NCBI GenBank assembly: GCA_965644295.1
Contig: CBFFRP010000416.1
Location: 1-64,000, forward strand
DNA: 64,000 nt
Source: Paraphysomonas bandaiensis
Taxonomy: Eukaryota; Protista; Chrysophyceae
Reading direction: 5' to 3'
A model generated the notes under the pieces. That model was not told the origin of the DNA. It worked only from the letters and a program-made list of their open reading frames with translations, and did no database searches. Made by a program: the position numbers and the translations under genes. Positions 56,701 through 63,757 of this stretch are shown piece after piece. Position 1 is the first letter of the stretch, and every line of letters begins with the position of its first letter.

Positions 56701-58531
56701 TAGATGAACTGGAATACATTTTTAGCAATCGAACAATGGTCGAACACGCATCACTTTCGGCCACAAGACCGGCCATAGATTCATGAGAAGCAAATGTGCC
56801 AATAATTCCACAGGATAGTGCCGCAGTCGTCTCCCCACAGGTTGAGAGCTCAGTACATATAAACGATAGTGTCTTCGGCGAACAAATCCGTGCGCATGAT
56901 TCATCTGGGCATAGGTTCAATATTGATTCTAGCGCATTCTCCACAACAGTGGGCCTATTCCTATGGTACATAAGGGCATCTACGACACCTTCACATACAC
57001 CGTGTATCTGTAGACTAGAACACACCGCATTGTCCACCGCTAACTTTGCAACTACACTTAGACAAAGCTCCACAGTCGCGTACTCGGAGACATATTTTCG
57101 AAGGATTTCTCCTAGCACATCATGTAGTCCACTGTTTACCAATATTCTAACATTATCCGTGCAGATAGTGTTCACATCTCGGCCACATTTCATTAGCACA
57201 GATACTGCCCGCAGGCAAGTTTGCAAATATATCGCAGTTTCATCTTTCGAAAAGTCTGTATCTTCTGCTGTGGCTATGACGCTTGCAAGATACGACACAA
57301 GCATTCGACATACTCCAGCTGCACCCAGCGCGACTTGTAAAGCAGTCTGATCAGGAACAGCATTACATATCCGCATACAGGCTGTATGAGTATTCACCCG
57401 TGGAGAATCCTTCCACCTTCCAAGCTCTGTGGTGATGGAGGCAACTTCAGTGGACTCTGGGGAACTCAGGCGGTGCTGCATTGCCGATACGGATGGAACA
57501 GGGCGAAGAAGAGAGGGGCCGGGATATAAGTCCCTGACTAGAGAGACCACTTTGTGTTGTTTTTCATAATATTTTGTCTTAGTCATAGATTCATCGATAG
57601 GATCCACAGCATGTCGAGGCACCAGAGCTTTCTGTGACACTGGTACAATTTTAGAAGAAAATAACCTCTTCGCCATTGACTGTTTTCTGTACGACTCACT
57701 ACCACCGCTGAAAGCATTTAATGAATCAGACACGTTTGAATGTTCGGTTGTAGCAGTGACAGTTTGAGCTAAAGCTGTTACAGGGGTGTTGCGTTTAATA
57801 ACAGGGGACGAGGACTCCTTCACAGTCTCTGATACTGCGTCCGTAATCGCGGGGTGTTCTTTGCGAGAAGGAGATAGTGTCGCCTCTTCATCCTTCTTGG
57901 TTGAGGGTGGATTAGAGGGGTTTTGATAGCTACGAAATATACTGCTGGCGTCTGTGTGGGAAACAGCAGCAACAGCAGGTTGCGGGGGAAGCATTCTATC
58001 GGCCGCTCGTTCACGAGCAGCAGCAAGAAGCTGTTGTGCTGATGTCAACGACGGTTTACCAATCTGTGAAGCGATAGGCTCCCTTAGAATGTTCTCAGAG
58101 GGAGAAGTACTTAAGCTTGTTGTCGTTTGCACACTCTCCTGGGTAGCCTCCTGGGAAATACTTTCGATCCTTTCCACTTCAATGGGCGGAACGTCACAAT
58201 CTTTGCTACCAACATGATTGTCCGTGCTAATTACAGATTCACTTTTTTCTGTTGTGGTTCGAATCTCATCACTCTCCTGTAGTTCAGAAGGAATACCAAC
58301 CAACGTCTGGTTACGGCGTGCACTTGCTCGGGCCCTAGCTAGTGACAGAATCGAAGACGCTCTGTCTGATCTGGATGATGATACATTTCTATCATTACTA
58401 TCTGTGTTTGAGGTCTCAGTATGACTGCTATCTACATGTTTTTCACGCTCTTCTGCTCGTTTCTTCGCAACTGCACTTCTCGCTCTCTCTAGAAGAAGAG
58501 AGGAGCTATTCGATGTCCTCGTGCTGTCCAT
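38786..58531 (-). CDS. Giant armadillo-repeat (alpha-solenoid) protein, 6581 aa, uninterrupted ORF
   Basis: Disordered N-terminus of ~370 aa, then ~43-45-aa repeats of the type LGxxGACExVxxxLxxHxxxxxVxxxACxAIxxL running to the C-terminus. Confidence 0.9.
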   Translation of the reverse strand: MDSTRTSNSSSLLLERARSAVAKKRAEEREKHVDSSHTETSNTDSNDRNVSSSRSDRASSILSLARARASARRNQTLVGIPSELQESDEIRTTTEKSESVISTDNHVGSKDCDVPPIEVERIESISQEATQESVQTTTSLSTSPSENILREPIASQIGKPSLTSAQQLLAAARERAADRMLPPQPAVAAVSHTDASSIFRSYQNPSNPPSTKKDEEATLSPSRKEHPAITDAVSETVKESSSPVIKRNTPVTALAQTVTATTEHSNVSDSLNAFSGGSESYRKQSMAKRLFSSKIVPVSQKALVPRHAVDPIDESMTKTKYYEKQHKVVSLVRDLYPGPSLLRPVPSVSAMQHRLSSPESTEVASITTELGRWKDSPRVNTHTACMRICNAVPDQTALQVALGAAGVCRMLVSYLASVIATAEDTDFSKDETAIYLQTCLRAVSVLMKCGRDVNTICTDNVRILVNSGLHDVLGEILRKYVSEYATVELCLSVVAKLAVDNAVCSSLQIHGVCEGVVDALMYHRNRPTVVENALESILNLCPDESCARICSPKTLSFICTELSTCGETTAALSCGIIGTFASHESMAGLVAESDACSTIVRLLKMYSSSSMVQEHAMYALGRLNLASCDDISSQYVRDSVRVAMETSRGKPCVLRAALSVIAIWSGFDDSICATLCETLDEFQDVVDRALTFLAMHELIECCQTASDILRERGACRKLPSVLEEVFSSKYDLSTQSAIVETICTSFCAFTVNCRENRELFIQMNIHEIIIAALLKYSKKPRYCSVLFRCVCNLCSTIDDDFHNEIVNKFLDIDIQRLLMAQISEMDTSDTARSDEICDAVCDALNVVSIFSRLDRYRDHFDQSRVRLLTGLLKNNSDIHAVRESACSCIATLVHDARIAIEFVALGTDMLLLSILESYYSDYNCIVHVCSALQNMLRHVSNDLSLIQSNFFSNLVRTLDSHSEHKEVLVHGVMVLNDLVQSNPSVLSQVRDSRFSQYVLNGIRAFNDQGDIVQWLCTGLRKLIDFYSLSDITEVCFALTQALALHSNEPAVCSDIIGTVGAVLSLHTEHGVCDSLGSVGICQLLVRNLRTSQTDPAYAALLCRTLASLCDRNIDNVMRCVEADGCAVLLTAMQLSYADSNSELCLSSSLAMCSMLSAGSRIQKAFGLLGACESVVLGTLSSWTTNDISVKTQLIWCIYYLSMPCPDLSEQSQNLPLLIKAGGAKAVCNCLKRFGDFENVVEAGCAAAKHLVLNDSGRSNLENEGLPLLILKFFTEFSNVRDVMVQCSGVLCRIMESASVMSAMLDGGTIKSNILSILKRFVDSDAICVSCFRMLISFFTAIDDSRRTINQSAFIDMDVCSTMVSALKQHSECTEVYQEACHAVFSLVQGNIDAAMIFGSHGVCEAVCNGLNVHFCDPVAVSNACLAISGLAYCKSNKIKIGRAGTCERILSLLAVHSNSADVARNACLAIQNLSSDCDENSGIFGGKGACEIVTSILEEHMTNSGVAAAVSGAIMSLTSTNRENSLRMGSENTCFSVLQTLSSANTNDDETVVLSSLAAIVSLSIGNVANQLEFGTHGTCEVLVDMLHKWSCSPVVVAAVLSAMVALCQHGRAHTLYVNVTTERFVEAGAGRVILAQLLNNLNNVEICCSGCNILYYLLSCSATLFASFNMTEMCTLLTTLISKHTRSAAAVEHACALAELVLLSSVETCTVYSSLDSIIPLVDAFRLHSGKALSEDACLNACKVLSTLLEFGGETVAAAVDNTEYSILLVNIMDEKKVNPEFSSTGCITISRLLEYNKGTTASKLRKLGICEVIISILRRHTTRVDIAYNACEAICAMATKSEADQSRYGQAGACHAICDAIATHTDNPNFCKMACRTICSLSANHVLNKSTFGVSGACELIIDMLRCHSESEIVVMSGCMAARNLAGGHEGNVTRLRESAGYDLFSAIFLHFFSNVDILENCCAVLCSLLIGDNAFKCSVTDSGVSDAAIAGLYKYSENDCVLSLLCLLVANMCTSVSDNCDKLMSRGVCEALQFLMTSKGPDINAVHIISTAVAGLCSSEECVNRLLALRIGEYIVNSASDRHDMGPEASLSWCNAVYGLSSNTKASSLLNECGTVHKILTLLAMHSQHEDVVLAALEAMISVSHLIAIQEDLAKQGVGACVVSVLEKHPTCASVLYRGLVLLESMCQNDPGCCSEIAEKSCGELLNHTLRNFIEHQDVVMACLRVIRIVSDANSDAQALLSNVGICDSVSMVLTFYVSNMDVYVAAFRTVGALVTKNQINAEKFIEDGFVDRIVKLCEVNSDDTAHVICEVVTSLTESSSQCVSLLSTSCVPRFVVDTLKKHTEDMTALLYSSGVCAAACYAVASLCRYSVNESFFRTHSAREILVQCMNMYISNSVVATAACAAIESVTRSNLSNVQFFAQCGVCSALMVISETHGSCVKTTINMFKCVTSLFEMDSSSVLPLFVEDCRFENTFSTAIENFSDKPIVLSAVSGSIAAVSASGYKFSESSKLYTLLASRMVAYVESSHVYQRLCVAVSSLCSSSIVASERMGSHGICDILTNALLSYRNHDILICSISSTIKSMMTCPANGSRFGEECCLNLMEIIRATDCVVDVVTAVCTALSALCRENESNAGYVVENSGCTVLLNLLSLHQDSRDVVIAICHAFNSIRFAISSHSTMDTMKLKTLLGALKEKYNADGEVLASILWLLTLSTDDSKAGDTDQQVTGHVVKTLIDSLRTHMNDKGVVIQACHGVSSLVREVASIAETFCSMGLCSILCEAVSFHMSSADAIAALFDSIEALCTGYAGNLMELESGDFVEQLLQAFSLHDKDFSATISLCLMVKALSHSRLLSSIIIDAGMCELLVRLLSSYVTMRSDVCDSVCQALYGLARVQGSTVDRTIVLRLVSLGAVKIVFSVFKQYHSIRETVFSSLTLLSIFAYEIEGKVELSSCESTIAIIECIRKYATDVDICIDGLFVLRKLVQFGDVTNIEKLSSNDHCSTCIDTLNKHLDALDVAASGFAVVMALAYHSERNLSCLGSCGAVDTVLKGLTVYSLANSFVIECCVGIIAVFFTHGNYSSHLQSAEVYDVIIANGKMFGSSIGLAEQVLNAVIASIETDALQSEVWGACGISDLIVFIIHNHFKSPAVSVLACKAICLLVNSSHGNTILLSDADAPKAVSTVLQWNLGSDNTVCTHAVTAIRDMSKSNIDSSSAFALSGVCEMLVTYLNIVEGDVKRCEIAIECVWFLCIDNDMSKEKFAATTVMSTIVSAIDVWADQPSVVRVCCGAIWHLASNCPACRQKLRSLHAVERVERALKVFHSREDISKLGCGALWSLSLPEGSDGDAKIPLSSCRTLVDTVKGHLSDPDILQVSFRTIANMCQQHKSSSTALGAVGACETVCSALHEQMKNPHVVEAACNAISGLSSEIDNTKRFFSIGANQSICTAITTHLLHKSVIVEAFCTLCALLNDSLEIALELFECGLCDVVIHTLDAYPHDKDIHGAVFKLVGSVIEIVPSSASRFGVTGACEIVTSTLRSYVMENEGESSVHALYFMHSLCMDPDNMTKIAISGAFASMVEAANKFGCLEDVMISFSKMVQALTSENVPQRSQYQDTLGREGVCRALVGAIRVHLSKAFVVCEILRALISLCVGNTSNMSFFSECEGQEHIYMVLERYSDDESNLDVSKSACSLIVVMVGLQSTSEVLGKLGVCDLVVNVLRVASSALDIDATETVAYAIASLIRSNSGNQIAFGRNGATCELVVSILSGWARMSESTEEAALWVISLLCKHSRDYETVCFENVEQMRLAGAYAAVTSTLRNCSSCVDSARAGIHAMYGISCDSNTEHVSHLGAVGACETVVSVFENHINDQDIIEAASNVVANLCIAESNLELLRELQIVSFIGKATSLYADCPTAVASVCCAIKNIANDDSFRTLMCQLGICDFVASSLKIYACSEKRVLRSILEAVKALTQCTDSCSAVLEESGIDVTMLEAILPMWMEQCDADMTQLVCEVVRQLSDHSSENCFRVYRANACESMTAVIKLFPCHAAIVSQACAVVRLLALNCDDSIEIFSSLGMQDLLVDALQHFENDAEAAQDISKALQVIITDKATRADIGLRSASEAVVKALRRGMDNPSATEQNCVAVVKLLVKNRENTRILIDLGVCELCATLLRKHIGAEAAIVQILSAIETICEDEKTIPLMGDAGVCTAVASVFRRHSNSVNGSTVVHCSLRVIDTLAVDSENCVAFGLAGCCEIVSAVLSTAINDDDEKTAMSCARAIFMLCRSTASNAEAFGVAGVCVHVSSALNGMFKGSSTLEYLLLALAFLCRQDGESEPNSYNLNAFYNLKTDKFLMKALSIMKKDPRVTKAACIALDKIAGDAESGLRLTELGACQLLPSLLESYATMESDVAVSIVGAMERLAISGRNVMVLVDNGTVPALIELFKVTKSDYKSVARCCTLIKLLIIHDEELVDVFVKGGICELVVNTLQDHEDLPVDVVVSGSAVISRVAVLRTTIARLGQSNIAIVLLNLFKRFESNERTVSAISSAVSALVIDATVSAQFVKSGWPDMLVSSLRRHMKISSIVQNATSIISCMLNSTAQAPSVINMFRDAGLCEVILGIARKYSENPDIAAKFGMIISVLSLDDSLSVILGTGGACETIVNSLNIFSNDVRVAHCCCKATRNLSCNIDNRSLLVSLGAIEHVLSMLRRFVHTEKVTAEACGALVNLFNNASTDHTHERSRILGASGEIVKALVVQVDSAVVVEQVCRLLCALAMDESSREVLGVHDVCRSLSIALEKHFEAENIAEGIMGAVSRIAYKSSDNKSLFSKTNVAKYVISAYEAHCNSIGIAENCCRAITALSTNDDVNSDAFGENGACEMITGIISHHNSNAALCGYACQTAVVLMKRSSNITQLIQCGMSKCATSALKQHLSQSSVRHMCAAVALLGKVDTEASILCETGVSALLARVLVAHSSDRAIVQAASLAVTSLADNSERCSIELGSEGVCDALVSALRSHLKGAAICTHIMTAMVALAAQSSNGIRLGNPSVFDLVVTGLRVHINDYAAILVCCSLLSRIIHTESSKSAAGASGVCEGLAIAFEQYEDDRGFVTVASEAVAGFALNCPVNADRCAKTKLCLMIFRALESHMNHSEVAAALFLAVKALAITVLNRRFFGGGDGCELIKIVMLKNADSELACINSCEAVSAIAFDSQENKEMYGKIGMCDAIVKVLRNYKENVDIVVAATSALSVLCTDSVSNTEKVSREGALEVLVACFRFHCHNPDVSMSISKLLICLLRHKKGSISSLRVLDVRELVVASIDEFCNRPMTVMFCLRLLRDMYACEEEGNSLDPLNNECLYLTAVLKANISNMVINEDACSVIFLLSRKRMSRSATVFGDCGACELISNVMSLSLEHRNVSLAKMAMLAMVSLCTGNSSNQEKFGDNNSCGIVVSVLQRMGGDSASSSPEMEGAALNAIAMLARHSKSISSENAENIQKLMVEGACEIVVSCLERRLNNMPLVYSACRAIFCLAGNETCSHRFIRCGACDVIVRVLRQFEEYSEIAQYACGAVANLAFVSEGAVALHRTGVCEPLVNVVVINRKDPHLVEYGCKAIKNLSVDSVDISAALGAGGVCKTLMTVLKIHFGSSALLPSILMAIANIVIGIPLHAESVLNANIDQKILKVIDDFLPNENICGCAVAVLANLCDHEFTKHQMRECGVPAAITKVLCSHTASQPMVIRCCIALVRVLEDTGECSQPFEYKDAELCNCIVRALQIHAGSDVTTDAVCKCLVRLGAYSPYNRDKLMTAGAGEKALHILSKNVRDPTVAAQICRVVHFLAFDAPSKSLLRQSGACERILMILQTHIQSEDMVHLVGIALLALAHDCAENRKVLLEKNVCEDMILAIRSHCTVLHVGKVLCDAISCVVDGDVSHLKEHAVHSFSVAVSTFFQRFWENKDCCHSACHVVSLLSNIPECQVTFEKCGICDQLILAIQEHSLCAETVSLCCDTCIALSRNREVIPELGSLTACQVITNFLRAHATDAAVVLSGFQLVRILCTNATIRARLGDVGICECVVRACRKHQTFDTVIEAGFAVMRALATNVQSNKVMLGESGACAFIVETLKFGICSPQQIEVACAAIASLANCGTECNNVSALDQAGIVTVLVEIFQSHIGSSSIMKQVCTIVSHLAMSPQGPNKKLGELEICDKTVMALATHMGVNGVNSVICSCVRALAQNGENKILMGSSGCCNIVTKLLGFSIENDDFNLVEESLLTIASLVHGSCSNQEAFGLAGACELVSELVGDQNDIAVNEKSLWCVAYLCRSGLEPITTSERNINTFHSSGVVESILDLMRKYKDNENLIVPACWSLRSMCFVQAIAKAVLASRGLDTLCAVLRTYMHESRVIEAVCFASAAVLAADHGMSLGSSGICELVVRAMQRHMSMPTVVDRCCSCIANLCSQGSEYRHRFGNEGACAIVARAMRLHLRLKRVAEESCGAVWNLSIENPDNRIKFGCEGVCETIVDIVKIHENDVYVKNAAMGALKALSVDCEENARRINACRGVDRQLVDSSSTDFGVSLRE

Positions 58532-60158
58532 GAAAGACCTTGCCTTCTCAAAAACCTAATGCATACTTACAGCTCTATGTCCTAATAGCACTAACCAGAT
58601 AGGCTGACCTCAACTTATATGAAGGTTAAGTCGATATATATATATATGTATATATTGATACGGTATTTAATATGCATGCAACCCTTCACACTTCACACTT
58701 CACAGCAGCCAGAAAGCTTTTCACTATTAAAATTTCATACCCTAATCGATAATCGATCAAAAAATACCTCAAATTTTTCATTGTCAGGATTTTCGCAATA
58801 AAATCACCATTCAAACCTATAAAATCGAGAAATCGAAAAGTGAAAAGTGACCATTGTCCAGCATGCCATGCTACTGTATATCTAGTAGATATCCGGCACA
58901 TGTACAGTACCGAGTACCACACAAAATGTGTCCTTATAATAGCGTGGAAGTGTGGACTAGATTGACGTTTATGCGAGATACTCTTGCTAATTATATACGA
59001 CACTATCACTCAGTGAAACCAATCCTAACATTACGGTTAACTGAGTTAAACAATCTAATGAGTTGGATAATGGTTGGCTAAACACCAAATGGAAAGAAAT
59101 AGATGGTGAGATATGGTACTGGAGATGATATACTATCATCATTACATATTTCTGCACACGAAAAGGCATATTGAGTGAAGTGATGAATATAAGACAGTGT
59201 ATGGGATGAATTGTATGGAAATGAGTCAATGGCCTTCCTACAACTCCACGATGATGACGAGAAACTGAAAATGGCATCATATACCGTGATATAACATCGA
59301 ATTATAAATGCAATATATCTGCAGCACACTGGTAGCAATTTATGGTGTTTTATTATGTAAATTGTGCGGTAGTGCTTTTGTATCTTTCTGTGGTCCTGTT
59401 TTTGCAAAATGAACAGTTCATCATCGTCGAGAAGATTCCCAAGTAGAATAGTTGTATGATCAGTGAAACTATACTCGTATTAATATATACTGGTTGCGTG
59501 ATAATAACACGATATCGTTACGAGATCATATCCCCATTAAAATATTATATTCTAATGATACACCTGTTATTTTTAAACGTTGCTAGCTGGTGTGTGATAT
59601 TTTCAGAAATGATAGATATCTCGTGGTGTAGTTTTTGTTAGCTCTCGATATGTGGGTGCACAGTGCACGAAAGCGTATCTCCAGTTGAGTATAATTCACA
59701 TGATATTCATGTGAAATTCCGTTTAAATGCAGTGCTTATATTGGTATCTTACAGTAAGCATGTCAGCTTTTCTGAAACGTTTAGCTTGGCAGCTCGAATC
59801 TGCACGACATATTCCCAGTGATTTCATCTACCGTAACCACCGCATTGATACATCATATTATGAAGCTTATAATATCTCTTCATCGCCACTACACTAACAG
59901 CTACAGTAGTATGAAAACATTTTTCAGAGCATTATGAGAAATAAATATTTTTTAAATTTAAGCACACCATTACAAATCATTAGCTATGATTGCATATAAG
60001 TTCGTGCGGGATTCTTCTATGAAAATATTGTAACATAATATTGAAATATTGCGAACAAACGATTGCAGATGTGACCATGTTATCTAATAGAGCAATATAA
60101 AATACAAGACCGGGTTACCACACTATAGTACACATTTTCATCATGTCGATGGTCGATT

Positions 60159-60810
60159 TAACACCGCGCAAGAAATCTCGTATTCCCAACAATACTAGCC
60201 AACGCGATATTTATCACACCACTTGTAACCACACTGTAAAAAGACTGGGACCGTTTAACACTGTTTACCCTAAAGGATACAAAGCAACTCACTGGGACTC
60301 CTATATATTAAAACCCAGTTAACTGGTGAAACCATATATTAAAGACAACCTTTAGTGGTGTATAAATTCAAAAAATGCTCACAAGGCATTCCGGTGTCGA
60401 GAGACATATAAATCTTCTTCATCGTCTCGTCACATGTGCCTGGACCTGAGATATTTTTTATTGTCATGTTTACGAAGCTGTCAATTCCAAATAAAGATTT
60501 GGCAGTCTCATTTCCTGCTGTAATCATCAGACATCCATGACCGAAGTCATTAGTTTGATATACAAACATCACACGAGCTCTCTGATTTAATTTTTCAAAC
60601 TTAAGGAGAGCGGTTGCCATATCATCGCTGATAGTTGAAGGATCTAGGGTACTTCCTCTCGACATCCTTTCAGTATAATATAATTTCTTCAAACGTGGAG
60701 GATGACTGCTTTAAATATTTTATGATTAACGTTAAAGGGACTGATCCTCACATACGATTTATTGCTACAGTGAGAGTCGTAACATCAGTTGAAGTCTCAG
60801 CCCATGGTCT
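60159..60810 (-). CDS. PAS/LOV-like domain protein (multi-exon, possibly degenerate)
   Basis: ITAGNETAKSLFG...ISGPGTCDETMKKIYMSLDTGMPCEHFLNLYTTKG|VPVSCFVS aligns by eye with the LOV-type pattern LQGPxTD...LxNYxKDG. The photo-active NCRFLQ motif is absent. Exon limits uncertain. Confidence 0.55.
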
Positions 60811-60921
60811 GCCTAAAATACTAAAGGTTGGATGGATACATGAATAATTGGTTTTCATTTATATATTCAATATTTTAGCAATGTCTTCACCAACAAATGT
60901 CAGTTCAATCCTGGCAAATAA

Positions 60922-60994
60922 GGGCGACTAGCTCAATTGGTAGAGCGCACGCTTAGCATGCGTGAGGTAGTGGGATCGAAGCCCACGTTGTCCA
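60922..60994 (+). tRNA. tRNA-Ala(AGC)
   Basis: GGGCGAC/GTTGTCC acceptor with a G3:U70 pair, loop TT-AGC-AT, GATCG T-loop typical of eukaryotic tRNA-Ala, T-run terminator. Confidence 0.95.
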
Positions 60995-61979
60995 TTCCTT
61001 TTTTGTATTTTCTACTATATAAATACTGTACGAATACCTGGAATACGCTCTCAACTGCCAACAGGCAGAAATACAGTCGTGCTTTTGTTTTGCATTGTTG
61101 CTGAAAATCTTAAATCTTTGCATTCCACTACTCTCGTCTCTCTATTAACCAATAGTAGAGCGCATTTGGATTACTCGGACATCTGGAAGCACTATACCGG
61201 TCAGTTATGCATTGAGTCGTTGCAGAATCAGGATCATCGTATTTTTATACATGAAGATGGGCTTCGAGGGATATCATTTAGATTGTAGGTCAACTAGATC
61301 CTCAGCTGGAGGTTTCAGTTTATCCTCAGATGGTAGCGCATATAAAGTATAGGACATCCTTTTTTCGACAGAGAGCAAATATACCAGCAACGGAAGTAAT
61401 ATTTTTCTGTGTTCATAAAGAGTTTAGTTTCACTAATGTAGAACGGGTACTTATTATTCATATTATAATGACTTTAGAAAAGTATTTGGGGGGATATTAT
61501 TAGGGAAATCGGGATGTGTAAGGTGTTTAAATGACAGTCTATGATCTTCTTAGCAACCTTTAGACCAAGTTAAAACCCATGTATTACAAGGTTAGATTGA
61601 TATGATTGTAACTGGGCACATATCCACATATAAGGATAAATAAATAATAGAATATAGAAGTTATATGCTGATGTTGATAAAAGATACAACGGTGGTCCCA
61701 GCTTAAACTGCAAGTTAAGTGTCTATAAGTCGAAATATAAATATTCGTCGACAAAGAGCCAAAATACTCACGGTATTACCAGTGTTATCTTATGATTATT
61801 ACTCTTTTCTGAAAGAAGAGATACAAAAGTACGAACTGGAAATCAGTATTTACAAAATTCACGGAAGAGCTTCCATCGTTTCGGAAGACTGGCAACTTAG
61901 CATATCCAAATATATAAGCCAAACCTATATAGTGTGGGAGCCACCCACCACTGAATTACCACAATAATTTCTTTTAAAG

Positions 61980-63199
61980 CTATTCCGTCGACTGGGTGTG
62001 AATCTTCTGATGCTTACCGATGTTGAAATCACTCAACTTGGTATAATTCGGTACAAAGGCAATACCACACATGTTCATAAAGGCCTCGACAACAAACACC
62101 GCCTGATAGCGTAACAACGGTTAAAAAATTACGCATACAGCTGAAATGGAACATATATAAATTGATATAAACACTCAGATCCCTGCTATACAACTGGTAA
62201 TCCAAGTAGAACACTGCCACTTGCATATAATGTAGACACGACATTAAGTAGCCATTTTCGTGAGCGTATACGGATAATGAACGCAATATATTTCTACACA
62301 AGATATCGCATAATATACAATACACAGCGAGATGCATAGTAAATGCTATTCTACCTGAGGGTTGCGAACATCTACCCGGGTGCAGCTCTTTGGCATACGG
62401 GCTGTGACCTCATCCTGAGTCTTGGATCGGGTGAGGGTGTTGTGGTTTCGTCGTTTGAAATGAACGGCATATGTGATCATACTAGGTGTCAAAGGAACAG
62501 AAATAGGCCGCTTCGTTCCGACCTTTAGTTCCGATTCAGCGTCATCGGGAGCTGAGGCAGAGTTATCACCTTCCGTCGATGTTGTCAGCACGGTGTCATC
62601 TTCAGTCCTCGCTTTCTTATTGCTGTGGAGTTCAGATTCTTCTGTGTCGTTATCAACAGGTCTGACAGTAGTTGGAAAATTCTCATTGACAATCTCTTGG
62701 ATATTGCTGCACAGCTCCTCTTCATTGGGGAAAAATACTTTTGATAACGGTACAATGCGACATAAGTGTCGACAGCATGGTAGCTTAGTACGCTCCACCT
62801 GATCAAATATGGCCTCCACCATCCGGACAGGGCACACATCTTTACGCACAATCTTTACAAATACTAGTCCTTTCACACCCTGCAACCATAAGTGAACAAT
62901 AATGGAATGCGACTGGGAACATTTACCGTGTTGAGTGACACAAAATTCTGTTTTGATGAATTCTGACGAATTTCGGCGGCAAGTAATTCTTCTACAGACA
63001 TACTCTTTCCACTACTTGAAGTATTATCGGACTCAGGATACACCTCGTCCAAGATTTGATTCAATAGATTAAGTATCTCTTTGGTGGCTTCCTTTTCACG
63101 CGCTACGTCACATGTAGCCAGAATACTGCAGTGTCCTCTTGCCGATGCAACATCAGGACCTTTTCCTCCTGAAGGTTTCCCATGCCAGCCTTTTCCCAT
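61980..63199 (-). CDS. THUMPD1: THUMP domain-containing protein 1 (Tan1), 3 exons
   Basis: ILATCDVAREKEATKE, RHLCRIVP and TYAVHFKRRNHNTLTR...VDVRNPQ. The last exon (62102-61980) encodes AVFVVEAFMNMCGIAFVPNYTKLSDFNI. Confidence 0.88.
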
Positions 63200-63637
63200 G
63201 TTGTCAGCTCAGAAGAGGACAACTTGTACCACTTTGAAGGTTTCTCAGAGCATATACACTGGAACCATACGTTCGTTCCTCTATCACAGTCAGTGTGCTG
63301 CTGCCCATACTGCAGGTGTCCCTGTAGTCCACCATATGTATTTTCTAAGTTCTTTATGTATTCCGCTGTAGTCACGTACCTACTTGAATAATCCGTATTT
63401 CCTCAAGATATTCCAGGTATCCACTTCGTCATGTCATGTACTCGAAGGTGGGGATATGTATGGGGGTATGGTGTATCAACCCCATCCTTTGTGATACAAA
63501 GTCTAGAAGTCAATTAATTTTCAGTATATGCGAAAGTTATCTGAGGATGAAGTGAGATTCTCGTAGTAGAAGTGTATATATATGGGTAGAACTTCATATA
63601 TTCTTCACACTTCTATTATGAGAAGAGTTCCTCATAG

Positions 63638-63672
<35 letters not shown>

Positions 63673-63757
63673 TGAGACTGTTGTCGATACGATAATATAC
63701 TGCTGCTCTTCATTATTAACTATCATCTTATCGACAACATACCACACAACAACTAAC

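Noticed and set aside
38945-58533. Many plus-strand ORFs of 60-190 aa, and 26718-27659 on the minus strand
   Set aside because: These are antisense shadows of long genuine ORFs
58987-59641. Short ORFs upstream of the giant gene, and at 61079-61967 and 63081-63391
   Set aside because: No recognisable motifs or consistent exon structure
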